A stretch of 63,204 bases of DNA, counting the filler, from Sphacelaria rigidula (Eukaryota): the NCBI GenBank assembly GCA_964200075.2. It is 5 parts of 5 records of this genome, joined end to end, with 100 filler letters (N's around TTAATTAATTAA, not from the genome) between each part and the next. Parts side by side here need not be neighbours in the genome. Positions count along the whole stretch, not along the records: positions 1 to 12,561 come from CAXNAA020003625.1; positions 12,662 to 25,222 come from CAXNAA020003626.1; 3 more parts are not named here. One strand, given 5' to 3'. The position numbers and the translations under genes are program-made. The notes beneath the pieces were generated by a model. The model did no database searches. It was not told the origin of the DNA and worked only from the letters and a program-made list of their open reading frames with translations. This document shows positions 1 through 13,318 of this stretch, piece by piece. Within the stretch, counting starts at the first letter, position 1. Every line of letters starts with the position of its first letter.

Positions 1-2130
1 GGGGGGCTGTAAAAAATGTGTGCCTCATTTTTTGTTCCGAGTCTCTAGGTCACACAATTCCACTCTCAGTTTTATGTGATGGCCCTCAACTTGTCCTTCG
101 AAAGCGGATCGGGTCTGTGCACGTGCACACGTATCCAATATTTGGCACCCGCAGATGAGCAAGGCGGTGAACAGTGCACATCCATCCGCTCTTTTGCGTC
201 AACATCCCTGTAACGAGCCACGAATCATAGGGTCTCCGGGTACCTCCCCACCGCGCGAAGGATACCGCTCCCCTGTCACTAACGGCGTCAGCACCTTGCA
301 ATGACTTGATTGTTGTGCAACATGCTTTCGACGGAGAACGGATTCAAACGTGAGAGTGCCCTTCCTCCGGTCCCCCCTGGGTCAACTGTTTGAGCTGCCA
401 CCAAGATATGTGGGTCGAACAGTGTGGTTGTCGGCACTGCGGCATGTGGTATCTCCGCGTAGTGAACACACGACCAATGAATAACATGTATCATCAAACC
501 ACACGAACGCTCCAGTTGTACAGCACCATCACAACATCGTTCGCCATGACAAGCAAGGCACATCCCATTCCCTCATCTTCGTGCCCATACGACGTACGTT
601 ACGGACATACAGCAGCAGAAGAGGCCAAAGACGTGGCGCATATGTTAGTCACTCCATCTCAACGCGATGTTCCCAATAATTCAAACATTTGTCAACACTT
701 CCATCGCATCCGAAAATCGCCCAAAAAAATCACTATGTGCCTTGACACTCGTAGCATGTATTTCACGCGCGAAACATCTTGTGCGGTCTAGCATCCATGA
801 TTTGGAAATATTCACCGGAAAATGATATACAGTACAGTATGGGCAACACCAAATAACGAAATACGTGAATGCAACGAAGAGCAGGGTATGATCGCCGCCC
901 CACCTCACCCAAAATGATATACGAGGCTAGATGCTAGATTTACATCCCCGTATTTTCCTCGTCCACTGGCCTGCCATACACTATCATCCGACCCACGAAC
1001 ATGCCGCACCTCCATACACACGTCGGGAAAATATAACAACTTTGAACGCGCATAATACTGCCAGCACGCGACAGATGGGGGAAAAAAACGCGCGAGAAAA
1101 CGTCAAACGATCGTCGCAAAAACAAACAAAAAGCATGAAACATGAAACACAGACAAAAACGTCACTTGCTGGAAGATTGACCAAAGGCACCTGGATTGAC
1201 TCTACTGGGCGCGTCCTCTAGTGCACCGTGCAGCACACTTTCATCACATTTTGCGCGGGTTCCACAACACTTCGCGGTGCGACAACATCCTAACATCCCA
1301 ACACCCCAACAGTGTACAACAACAAGGACGATGGGGGGGGGGGGGGGGGGGGGGCGGCGGGTGGAGCACAAATACAACCCCCACCAACAACCATTCTGAC
1401 TCCTGTGCCCCCCCNNNNNNNNNNACACCCTCATAACCCCCCCCCACCCCCACCGACAACGACCGACCCATGGGGGGGGGGGGGGGGGGGGGGTGAGCAC
1501 GTTGAGCACATTACTAGCCACAGCCACCATCATTGCTAGTGCTAGTGCTCGCTCGCACTTGAGGAGTCCTTTTGCAACTGTCTCAATCACCAAGAAAAGC
1601 AAAACCCAACCGGAAATGTTGAGTGAAATCAACCCACAGTACAGTGTATCTATCTGTTGTGTGTATATCTGCCGCCGACCAAAGAAGCATGAGCCATCGA
1701 TCTTTCAACGAAAAAACACCGTTAGCCCTCGCTCTGCGTGCTCTACACCACCAACAAGCTGATAAGGTACGGTGCCCTGTACATGAGACACAAGAAAACG
1801 GACACCAAGCACATCAACGAGGCACGATACATCCTACATCATCGAGAAACACCTTACAGCACTACAATATTATACTTCGTACATGAAAAACACTCATTAC
1901 ACGTGAAACAAGAAACGGCACACGTGATGAAACAGCGAGTGGTACAGACTTGCCTGACTGGCCGAAAACGATTCTGAATACTGCGACAAAAAGCGTACGA
2001 ATATGTCACGTGCATCGTAACATACACAAAACGTCATACTCATGAAAACCCACAATGTGCTTCTTTCTAAGTGCATCGTGGTATGCATCTAACTATAACT
2101 AGCACACAGACAGACAAAAATCGGCGCCCA

Positions 2131-5100
2131 CTACCGCCCCAAAACAGGCTCGAATATTGCCCTGACCCTTCGCCTGTGAGCATCCTCGCTTAAATCGTGC
2201 GGCACTATCGGCTCAAGATCTTGCTCCAATGCTTTCCGGGCGCAAGCGAATGCTCCCTCCGGATCCTGATTGTGGGCATGACCATGCGCGTGGGGAAAAG
2301 GTCGTCGGGCATGAGCACGCCAGGCGAGAAGCAAGTGGCTTGGGGCTAGGGTTAGGGCTGGGCGAACGTACTTGAGATAGCTGCTACGACTTCTGAAGGC
2401 TGCAAGTGCCCACAGGCGAAATTATCGCGGCTGCACTCACACCAAGGAAGCCAGTCTCGTGGTCACACACGAAGGCCCGACGGTGAAAAGCGAACAGCTA
2501 TGTAGGGTAAGACTTTTGACGCATTCGACACGTGCTCTGTCGACACAGCTCGCACATTAGATATCAGCAGGGCGGCAGTACCAAAACAAAAGCCTTGATA
2601 CCTTGATACCGAAGCATCCGTGTAAAACGTTTGTAATGACCTTTACGACATGCATCCTCGATATGCGCTGATCTGCAGTGCATCATGCAGCACATAGGCT
2701 AGGCAGCAGCAGAGACTACCAGCAAGACAAAAGCGTAGGAGTCCGACTTCCCATCCCCCCTATCCCCTCCGAAAAGAACGTTATATAAGCAGCAATCAGC
2801 GCAGAAAAGGACCAATGACACTATCCGAGGTGAACCAAACTGTATGTTTCCTGGCAGTCCTGCTTCTGTGGTCCCAGCCCGTTTCCGAACAACTTACACT
2901 TCGAAGTGCGCATATACCGTCTAAAAAACGAGATCCCGACCAAGATTTCTCGACCAATATAGGAATACCTTTCCAAAACACAAGGCAAGGCGATCGATCT
3001 TCTTTGAGTTTCTCACCAGATGGTTGTACGAGCACACGTAAGGCTCTCCGAGGGTATGCTGCAAGTAGGGGTGCTGAGATTGGTAGAAACCCTTCTGGGC
3101 TTTACTATATGTGGGGTTTATGTACATACATCCTCGAGCCACTGCGTCCACGGCGGAAGGGCCCGACAACGGGTGCCCTGCACAAACACACACAACACAA
3201 GGGAGGGAAAGGCACAGTTCGAGTCGTACCACGGCACTGTGCGATGCAGTAGCCAGTACAGTATCTACCACCGTTCACGTCAAATCGCGAAACCGCAACT
3301 CATCGCGAACGAGCGTGCGGAGGAACCTGCCAGTATGCGTTTCACAGAACATTTTGCTTTTGTCACTTCCACCCTCAACTACTCCTCCCCTTCCTCTTGA
3401 CGAGTCTATTGCCTACTATTACTATCCATAGTCTCAGGGGATCAAGCCTTCTCTACCCCATTATCCTCCGATACTGCACGTACTCGGGAGAAGGGAATTA
3501 CGATCAAAAGCGGGTGGTACCATTCGCAGGGTGTAGAGAGGAGGGGGGTGATCTTACATCATTCACAGTTTATGAAAAAAGCAGGACAACAACATCGAAA
3601 TCGTCGCAGTGCAGTAGCAGCACGAAATATCAGGCACATCGTACCGGTGACACTCACCTAACCCTATCATGAACTTGGACTCTTGGAGCAATTGATGCCA
3701 CTCTTGTGAGCTCAGCATTCCGTGGAAGATGACGTTTTGATGAAGTTTCCTGCAACATGTATCAATACAAACGCATACCGCTAGAAGTCTATGCCTGGCC
3801 TGCGCAGTATTGCAAGTGACCTTCTGACTTTCCATTCCATCGGCTGCCAATGTAGAGTAGATCCTCATTTGCGTTCCATGGTTTCGTCACTTGAACGTGT
3901 TCATGTTGACTTACTCGGCATCGTGCTTTGAAAAAAAGAAAAACGCCGCAAGAGACGATGGGGTCGTTCAAAATACCATCGACGCTGTCAAACACGAGTT
4001 TCGTCTTTGGTAGCATCGCAGCGACATGGGGAATATTCTTAAGCACTACGTGTACAGTAGACCATCTTCCATTTTTTTGTGTGGTTTCCGTCGACCGAAA
4101 ACGTGGAAGACTACTTGGAAAAAATATGGATAGAAAAACAACTTTAACGATGATGAAAAGACTGCATGAGGTAACGTGTAACGTGTAACGTGTAACGTGT
4201 AACGTGCTGATCCAACGCTCGAAGATGAAGCACAAGGTCAAGTGCTGTACTGTTGTGCTGCTCTACATGCCTAGGGACAACAAGGACAACTGCCTCCGTC
4301 CTTTGAGACAACGGGCTCGCCCGAGACTCGTGCATCGTGCAACGTGCATTCCAAGGATTGGGACGGGAAGTTGGAAGCACGACAAAAGCACGACAAAAGC
4401 ACGACAAAAATAACCAGAGGAAGGTGTATTATGCCCTCCCTACCTTTCCTCAAGCGAATGATCCTTGCACTGCCATTGGTCATGGCGAACGCGCAAACGG
4501 ACGAGTTTTGAGTCATAAGAGGAATACTTAGTCTGCTGTAGTTTGGTGTAGCTTGGTGTATGAGGTGCGGTGTATGAGGACGTGGCGGTACGAGGACCGG
4601 GTAGGCATATACGCTCGGCAGCAAGACATGCAAGATCTACAGTACTCGTACAAGGCACCGGAAACATAGGTGCACATAGCAGAGAGCATCAACGCCTACT
4701 ATACCGACACGCGCATGGGTGCAAGCCGATTCCAATCCATCTGCTGCGACACGGCGGATTACTTCATGGTTGCGGGCACGCTTTCATGGCAGAAGGCGCG
4801 TTGCTATTTGTGGAGTATCCCCCGAAGTCGAGCTTTGACAATGAAACGGAAGGTAGTCGTGCCAACTGCCCCTGTAGAGTAGCATGGCGTGGCGAATTAA
4901 TGCGCGTCGTGGACTGACAATAGCAGCGGTGTCGAGAAGAGCAATAACCCTTTGGTGTAGATTGGTGTGACGTACAGCCACGCAGTGTGCATTGTAAAGT
5001 AAAACATCGAACACTACTTGCAACTCACAGTCGTTCAGAGTGTGATCGGGAAATGTATCCTCCATGAAACGTACAGTGGCTAGGTGCAGCGTGTACCAGC

Positions 5101-8100
5101 ACATCAGCCACTATAGTGTAACCGTGCGCCTGGTGGGAGCGTGTAGGAGGGTAGGAGGATAGGGTGGGTTCGAAATCCATCCATCGGGAAGGTATTGCAT
5201 AGGGTTCATTTCCTGGAGTTGCAGTGTTTCTTCCCAAACTTTGGAGGAAGAGGGACTGCGCGGGTGCAACGGTTGGTATCTTCAGAGGCGATGAGAGTGT
5301 TCAGAAGTGAAAACTATCTACACAGCCGTCAAATAGGATGGCTACGGTGGACGAGGGAGGGGGAGTGCTCCACCCACCGCGTGACAAATCATGCTACCGT
5401 ACAGGGCAGGCACGGAGGAAAGCATGGTAGGTACAAGTCAACCTAGGGAATCTCGCGTCCACGTCACTGTTGCTCAAGAGTTGAACGAGAAGAAGTCATG
5501 AGAAATAAACAAAAAAAACGTACGGTAGTTTGGCGCAGCGAATTGTACATGAATCACAATACATGAATTACAATACTTGTTGCACGTACATTTTTTTGGC
5601 GTCCTTGAGGGACACGGTAGAGTGCAACTCCATTTCCTCCGCCAGCCTGGCAATGACCTGCCTCGTCGCCTTCCCGTGCAGGGTTTTCAAAGTTTTCCCC
5701 CAGATTATCCCCTGCTGCTTTTTCTGCACCCTCGCCGGCGGTATAGCGCTGCGAGTGATTCATGTCACAAGCCAAAACCAGAAGACGAAAATCATCATCA
5801 CAAAAGAAAACATGTAAAAACGGACAGTATTGCAGTATTGCAGTATTGCATTGCTCCGGACATTCTGTACTAGTAGGGATACACGATTCAGCGTGAGCGT
5901 AGAGTGATCCGCTCATGAATGCAGCGCGGGCATAACGCCACGAGATAACAGCCACTCCCTCTGGAACATGAACACAGCTCTCCAAACAGGACGCGCATGT
6001 GTTCTTCTGTACTGCTTCATGACACCATCACCAATCATGGATGTCGGAGACTGAACTCGCGTCATGCGGGACACTCAGGGCATCTGACGCTCTTCCCACT
6101 CGATTGCAGCGCGTTCCGGAGAAAAAAATCTCGAAGCCGAAATTAGCGCTTCGCCAAACTACATATTAGAATCGCAATGGTCTCAAAATGGTACACAATA
6201 ACACTAACCACGAAAAACAACGCTGTGTCAGGCAAGGGCTCCGGAATTGGCCAATATCGCCACGCGCAGGTCGTTTTTCGGATCGGGACCTGACATTCTG
6301 GCACGCGATTCACAAGGCACCCTCCGTCACATTCCGGCCGACCCCCGGTTTCCTTTCTCTTTTTCAACGAGATACGGCTAACCTAAATGGACCCCTTATA
6401 TTTTATTTTATTTTTCATTCTTGGCCGAGATCCAGCTCACTCGAAGGTATCGTTCGCTTCGAGTCAGCAACTACCTTGCACATCAAATCTCACAACTGCA
6501 CACACCCTGAGCGACGAACAATCAGTAGTCGCAGTGGGAAGAAAATGTACTGCGTAAAGTATCTGCTTATTGACTATTGGTACAACGCGCGATACTAGCA
6601 AAAGGCAAAAGGTCGATACTTTATGCAGTGCACTTCTTTTCCTATTACAACAGATCAAAAAGTGTTTGTCTATTGTCTATTTTTCAAAAATTGAGGTCCC
6701 CAGTTGAAGAAGCAGGCTGCACGTGGCGATATTTACAGCAACATCTCTCTTCATGAAAATCTGCATAAAACACAGGGTTTTCGGCTGTCAGTTTCGGACG
6801 ATGTTGAATAGCGGAATAAGGCATCCATCGTTCTTCTTCTCACCTCGGGAGTTACACATTCAGAGAGTTCTGGGTAAGTTCGGGATACTTGTTCATCTTT
6901 AGAATCTGAGAAGAGTACCGTACAAAGAGTGACACATCTCCCAGCCCAGACACCACATCCGAAAAAAATATAGGAAGACCAAATTGCCGTGGAGAGGGGG
7001 GAGATCGGGCACTTCAAATCCAAGTAATTCGGCTGTCAGTCGTAGCCAGGCCTCTAGGAATAAAGATCGTGTCGTGTGTTGTGTTGGAAATACGGTACCT
7101 TCTTCGTGGACTCGGAGCATGGGTACACATGTTCACTGTTCTGGACATATTGGGACGAGTCGGCCCCCAGTCAGAATGATCGAGCTGATGTGGTGGTTAA
7201 AAAATAGCAGTGAGGCGGCTGACTGTTTTGGATATCCGGAGACCGCCCCGGCACCTCACGGGATGAAACGGGGAGTGCGTAAGACAAGATGAGCTCGCCT
7301 AGGCAGTAATTGATGTACTGTGCATGACTCCTGTAGCCAATGCAGCTGCTTGCAACGGTCATCATGCTACCTTCATGATTTTCTGCCATGTCGGGTTATT
7401 CTCGTCGGGGCCGATCGAGGGGACGTGGGGGGCTGGAGGCTAGACAGCAATAGAGTGATGGAACTTCATAGTACCACAGTGCGATCCCACCATACAAAGT
7501 GGTAGAGTAAACTATGTTCTACATGTTTTCAGAGCGTCAACGTCACTTCGACTACAGCCTGCGCCTGAGAGACTTTACCCCAACCCTGAAATATTAGGGG
7601 CTGGACGCTCACCCTCAATTACACCTATAAACTTAAACCAGAAGGGACGGCTGGACTGAAAGATGTGCCACCCCTTGAAGAGCGACATAGATACCTGATA
7701 CAAAAAGTGCGAACACGAAGACGTGGGTTTCACGACAGCAACTTGGCACATTCCTCAATCCTCAGCACGATGATCCGCACGACCACCTCAAGTAGGCGAT
7801 TACAATGGTCTGCTCAGCTTGAACTGACTCAGCGCCGTTCAGTAAATATGACCATCTGACACGATGTGGGAATCTTTGAATCTTTCCTCGTCCAGCACAT
7901 CAGGTCATACAATATGCAAGCGAAGCTCTTCAGTTTCATCGCCTACCAAAAATACGATTATCGATATCGACATCAACATCAACATAAACATAAACCACCA
8001 CAAAAAGGGGAGCGGTGTTCACCTGATGGAGCTGTCCATCCGGTACCCCAGAAAAGTGTGTGCTCTCTCCGCAGGAGTGGGAAAGGCCGTGAGGAATCGT

Positions 8101-8809
8101 TGCGTCGGGACTGGAAGGTTTTTGTGAGGTGTTTCCGAGCCGAAGAAATCCATGACGAAGATCTGCTTCTCTAGCCCTTTCAGCTGCGACTTTAGCCTCC
8201 ATCCTGCCCTCACCCCGACCCGATATAAGCGTGAGGTAGGATGCTGTGAGTGATGGTGCGAGTGTGTGATCGATGGCCATTACCGAACATCGATCGCATG
8301 CAACACCGTGCGCGATGTCGGTGTTCTGTACTCCCATCAAATCTGCAAGACAATGCTCGTATGCTTCTGTCGACACGCGCGCATGTTCGCTGGTACTTTT
8401 ACACGTAGCTCGCAAGGGCTGACTCCAGCCCACTTATTTTCATCCCAGGGGACGAGTGAAAGTGATCGGGGAAAAGCCTACTGTAGTCCTTACGCGGCTG
8501 CACCACACTAGCACACTAGCACACTAGCACACTAGCACACTCCGAACCGTGCGCACAACGTATCGTTATCAAAACAGGTCATTGTTGGCATGTAGAATGT
8601 ATGTTGCGTTACTGTAGGGGCACATCAGCATAAGCATGAATACTAGGCAACACGAGGTGTTAATATGGGTACTCGCACAGCTGCTTCGATGGGCCACGCT
8701 CGACCGTACCTTTTCCTGCCCAGGTCCATGGGTCCAGTACTATGGCCTGGTATTTGTTCAAAGTAGGACCCTTCTTCTCGAAGTCTTTATCAGACACCGC
8801 GATATCCAC
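2131..8809 (-). CDS. Glycosyltransferase family 18 (MGAT5/GnT-V-like), 3' part, six exons; 5' exons not found in this contig
   Basis: Exons 8809-8710, 8203-8023, 5748-5590, 3749-3658, 3177-3017 and 2265-2131 (TAG) all have GT..AG borders and matching phases. Spliced protein includes IFVMDFFGSE..QRFLTAFPT..HTFLGY, QGIIWGK..MELHSTV, VIFHGMLS..LLQESKFMIGLGHPLSGPSAVDAVARGCMYINP..SQHPYL..LGEPYV and KALEQDLEPIVPHDL..RVRAI. These are collinear with the MGAT5 catalytic-domain motifs (VKNHGIL..KLFVGLGFPYEGPAPLEAIANGCAFLNP..SQHPY). Confidence 0.88.
4173..4206. repeat. 7-bp tandem repeat (TAACGTG)n in an intron
   Basis: taacgtg repeated about 5 times. Confidence 0.85.
8503..8541. repeat. 8-bp tandem repeat (CACACTAG)n in an intron
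   Basis: cacactag repeated 4-5 times. Confidence 0.85.
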
Positions 8810-9802
8810 CTGGTGGGAAGTGAAGGGACACGATGCCAACAAATAATAATGAGTGAATGTGCAGATGTTGCCACACAGGTACGGCAGTTCCGTATACTGT
8901 AGCCATTTATGCACCACGACCAGAACATCAACACCTCGTAGTACGAGGGGACACAGGATGGTAAAGCAACACTACACTAGGCAGAGCTACACTACACTAC
9001 ACTACAGCACACTACAGTACAGTACAGCACAGCGATATGAGGGAGAAACCATCAACCGCAGCAAAGATGCTGAGAGTAATGTTCGCTACGGTGCATACCA
9101 CCCCTGTGAGATGATTTTCGGGGGCCCCAAAACTAATCACCCTGAGGTAACACCCAGCGGTAGGTCGTCATCAGCGGGAGGTGATACTTGGCGAGAGGCG
9201 AGCGATATACCAAGTACTTCCGGCTAAAAGGTGGCCACCTGGATGCCAGAGATTTAGCTGATTTGGCTGATAAGCGATTTGGCTGATGGCACACTGCCCT
9301 AGGGTAGGGGGCATATGATCCCTGGTTTGTTCGGTACTTTTGGACCTACGCCTGTTTCAATAGAGGAGGGAAATCGTGCAAGACGCGTCGGGTTTACAAA
9401 ACGTGAAAGCTCCCCCGCACCTGCATGCATGGCGGGAGGACAACTCTGTGCTCGTTGGACGCATTTTGTGTTGCCCCCCATCCTCCATACCTAAGACCAA
9501 GTGTGTGCTTTTATATCTTCGGTCAATCACGTGGTCGTGTAGTGTATCCAGGCGTCTGCATTACGGTGCACCGTACACTTGTTTTCGGCTAGAAAACGTC
9601 CAGATCTACCATAGGTGGTGTCTCGAAAGATAGAGATGAAGACGAAGATGAAAGGTCGTTTCTACCTGGGCTTGTACCGATTATGGTAGTACCCCCGCTT
9701 TGTATGCTATTATGTAGAGAAACGTTTGGTACGAGCATAATCGGTCCGAGCCTATTATTACCGAATGTAGATCACGAGTCGACGGGATATGGTTGCTGCC
9801 CG

Positions 9803-10157
9803 ATGTTGTGTTGTCGTTCCATCTATTCTGGACGCCGGTCTATACCTTTTCGGTATATGTGGGCGCACCAGCGGGGGTCACATAGGAAGAAGGCCAACAC
9901 AGGAGTTTACTCTTTTTTGCTTCCTTTCAGTTCTCCATCTTTCTTCTACGGTGCTTGCCTTTATTTTTATATCCTAAGAGGGGTTCAGCAGTCCCCTTCC
10001 CTCCTCGACCATAAAGTCGAAGATGAGTAGCCACGACAGAGTCGCTCTCCACGGCTGGGCATGGTGTGAGAGAAAATCCCAGATCGCTACGAGATTCGAA
10101 CCCACGACCCAACCGTCAGAAGATTTCGAAGTTACCAACAGAGCCACCGGGGCGACC
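9803..10157 (-). mobile_element. tRNA-derived SINE, copy 1 (~355 bp)
   Basis: Minus strand begins GGTCGCCCCGG-TGGCTCTGTTGG (A box) ... GGTTCGAATC (B box) and ends in a CA-rich tail. Colinear homolog at 31323-31658; tail fragment at 50645-50712. Confidence 0.8.
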
Positions 10158-11127
10158 AGCTTGTGCGTTGTACCATATGCATTTGTCATGCTTCAGAGGT
10201 GCTGCAATGACGTGATTTTTGGACACACGCACTGACAGGGCCAGCCTAAAAATGGACTCAAACTGTCACAGCAAGGCCTCATCGACGAGACGCATTGGGC
10301 CGTGATCGACACATCTTGTTAATAGTGTAATAGTGTTATCAAGGGGAATCAAGGGGAATCAAGGGGAATCGAGGAGCAGATGCTCATGTACCAAAACACC
10401 TCGGTCAGATGTTTCTCCTTGATTAAACGCCATGTCGACTACATGCCGTCAGGCGCAGACATATCTCCATACTAAAGTCTATACGAAACCCACAACGATA
10501 CAATCCGTGGGAGGCGCTGATTTTTTGGTGTAAAGACTCCTTGGGGCACGGGGAAAAGATTGATAACCTGACCCTCACCTAATTCGTCATATATCGAAAG
10601 ATATGGGACGCATAAGATCCCATACTACACATTCGACTCATTACGCGAAGAGGAGAGGCACTAAATCTGAATTTCTCGTCTCAGTTTTGAGAGTTGTGCT
10701 TTGAAATTTGGTATGGAGTATCGGGAGGGCATGGTGGATTTTTCAATAACACGGAGTCTAGCATAGCCATCGTGCTCGTCCTTTGAGGATTTAGTTTTCT
10801 TGTAGAGGGTCAGGATGAGTTGATAAAACCCAGGTATGCGTGAGAAAGCACGCGGGGTGTGCAAAGTGCTGATAAAGCATCAGAGAACGGGGGAAAGACC
10901 GGCGTCCTCCCCCCCCCTCCTGCCGTATGGTTCGAATGCCGAAGAATGAAAAAGAGGAAAATAAGATAGCCACACAGGGAACGGAGCGCGCGCTCCTGGG
11001 AGAGACAGAGATGTCATCGTACGTACGTGTGCGGGACTGTCATGAGAGGAGCGCCTGAACGACGGGGCCACTGTACCTCTGAACCACCGATTAGGCGACC
11101 GGCGCGAACCCACCCGGCAGTAGTAGG

Positions 11128-11630
11128 CGCCTCTTCTGTTAGAACTTGCAAAATCTACGGATTTGATGTCAGCTCGACTCAGATTGGAGGAAAAGACAGA
11201 GGATGGTGTGCAAGATTCGTCCGACGCCCGATGAGTTCCAAACCGAAGCACACCACAGGCGAAGATGTGCGTTGTGTGTGTACCGTAATAGTTTTGAAAA
11301 ATATGTCGGTTGTGTACGCTTTGCATGCTGTCGGGCAACAAGCAAGCGTCAGGAGTCCGCCAGCACCAAAAGCATATGGCGCGGGAATTAACTTGACGTT
11401 CCTATCGACAACTCAATCGAGGGGAGTTGGTGATAGTATGCGTCTCTTCTGTTTGAACTTACAAAGCTCTCGGATTTGATGCCAGCTAGACTCAGGTTGG
11501 ACCCATAATGAGGGGGAACAGGGCGGGGGTTGGTGTGCCAAGCTTTGTCCGACGCCCAATGAGCGCTAAACCTAAGCACGGCGCAGGCGGAGGTATGGGT
11601 ATTGTTCGCGCACTGTTGACAACGCTGAAA
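11128..11630. repeat. Diverged direct duplication, two copies about 312 bp apart
   Basis: cgcctcttctgttagaactt..ggatttgatgtcagctcgactcag..gtccgacgcccgatgag near 11128 recurs as cgtctcttctgtttgaactt..ggatttgatgccagctagactcag..gtccgacgcccaatgag near 11441. Confidence 0.7.
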
Positions 11631-12494
11631 GCACACACGGAATACAGGACAGGACAGGACAGGACAGGACAAGACGGTCAGCACAGTACAGCACACGTGT
11701 CTGCGTCCCTAGAGCGGTCCTTGTAGCACTTTATTTTCCCGAGCTGTGCTGCTGACGTACCATAACACCCCCGAGTTATACTGTTTAGCTTTCCGGGTGA
11801 AGGAGATTGGACACACACGCAAGACACAATGCCGGAAGTACTATTGAAGCCGGAACTTGGGCGTGTAAAGTATTGTAAATTAGGGCGTGTAAATATGCGT
11901 AAGTCTTCCGAATGCGCTTCGCTTGAAGTCGCGACAATCAAGTCTAGGAAGTAAAGGCTCACGATACCCCTCAGGCAAGGTTGGATTGGGTTTGTTCTGC
12001 AGTGCATCCAGACAAATGAGCGAAACACGCGAAGCACAGATGAAGCTGCAGTTTGTTGAGGGCGTGTAATAAGGATATATTTATGTATATAAGGCCCATT
12101 ATTATCCACACTTTTTTTGGAGATCTCCAAAAATTTCAGACTTTTCGGACTCTGCGTTCAGACTTCTCCGAAAACGAAGCGGCTTGGTTCCTTCGTAGCT
12201 TCATTTTTTGAGAAGTTCGAAAAATTTAAAATTTGGACTGCAAAGCAGCACTTCGGAGAGCCGCCCTGTGAAAACGCCGTGGCGCTCGCAACCGTTCGGT
12301 AGTCATCAGCATACCCCAGTGCTCCTTACTTTCAAACATACGGAGGCAGTCATTTTGACGGCCAGATGTCCAAACACAGAGCACCTGGCGTTTGATGATG
12401 CTGAAACTTCATGGATGTGCAGCTTGAAGCCGCAGGTAGGTGTTGACGCAGCTGTTTCGGCGACCCAAGGCGCTTTGTGTATTGCGTGGCTCAT

Positions 12495-12529
12495 CTATTA
12501 TCATTATCATCATTATTATCATTATTATC

Positions 12530-12561
<32 letters not shown>
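12495..12561. repeat. (TAT)n microsatellite at contig end
   Basis: Directly visible; contig ends within it. Confidence 0.9.
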
Positions 12562-12661
12562 NNNNNNNNNNNNNNNNNNNNNNNNNNNNNNNNNNNNNNN
12601 NNNNNTTAATTAATTAANNNNNNNNNNNNNNNNNNNNNNNNNNNNNNNNNNNNNNNNNNNN
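12562..12661. other. Artificial contig spacer
   Basis: 100 bp of Ns around TTAATTAATTAA (stops in all frames); recurs every 12661 bp. Confidence 0.97.
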
Positions 12662-13067
12662 TTGAGCTACGCCCCTGTCAAAGCCAGCCATTAGCTTGTC
12701 ATCTTATCATCAAGTCTTCTCGGCTTCCAGTCTCCACTCTTCTTGTCCAAGGTGGAGTCAACTCAGGTCTACTAATACTACTGTGTGATGGGTATGTCAC
12801 GACAATATCGATGTTTGATACCATACCGGGGGCCTATACTTACACCGTGTTGAGTGTGAGATTGTCAGACCGTGGATTCTGTATGTGTGCCGAGGCCAGA
12901 GGGTTTTATAAATTTGGCGGGGGTAGGGGGGATGGGATAACTTGATGGGTATGGCACTGACGTGGAGCCTTGCCCCTGACGAGTGGGTGTTGCTCAACAG
13001 CACAGTTCGAGTGTTATTTTGTTGCTGGTCAATTGTTGTAGTCGATTTGTATTATGATACAATGTGC

Positions 13068-13318
13068 GACACTTTCTACGATAGCCCCTCCCCGAAGCCC
13101 GCCCGAAACTGTCCCGAAGTAAACGAGAATAGAGTGCCTGAGTTTTAGTTGCAGGCTTAAAGAAGCGCCTCATATAGGCGTCATTGGCGGAAACGGACCC
13201 AAGCGTTACAATTCCCAGCTGGTCGTTGTTCTCGGCTTGTTTCATCTCGATTTACGTGTGAATTTTGCCTCCCCAACTCATCCACGTTTTTCGGGCGGAG
13301 GATATCGTAGAACGTGTC
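13068..13318. mobile_element. MITE (~250 bp), GACAC-TIR family
   Basis: TIRs gacactttctacgatagcccc / gatatcgtagaacgtgtc. Interior (aagcgcctcata..cattggc..aattcccagct) matches copies at 37561-37819 and 40349-40601. Confidence 0.75.

Noticed and set aside
1330-1495. G/C homopolymer runs as G-quadruplex or hairpin elements
   Set aside because: Surround a 10-N gap; sequence quality here is doubtful.
10085-10157. Functional tRNA gene (also ~31585-31655)
   Set aside because: A/B boxes are present but I cannot form a full cloverleaf, and both copies share ~280 bp of downstream body, as expected for a SINE.
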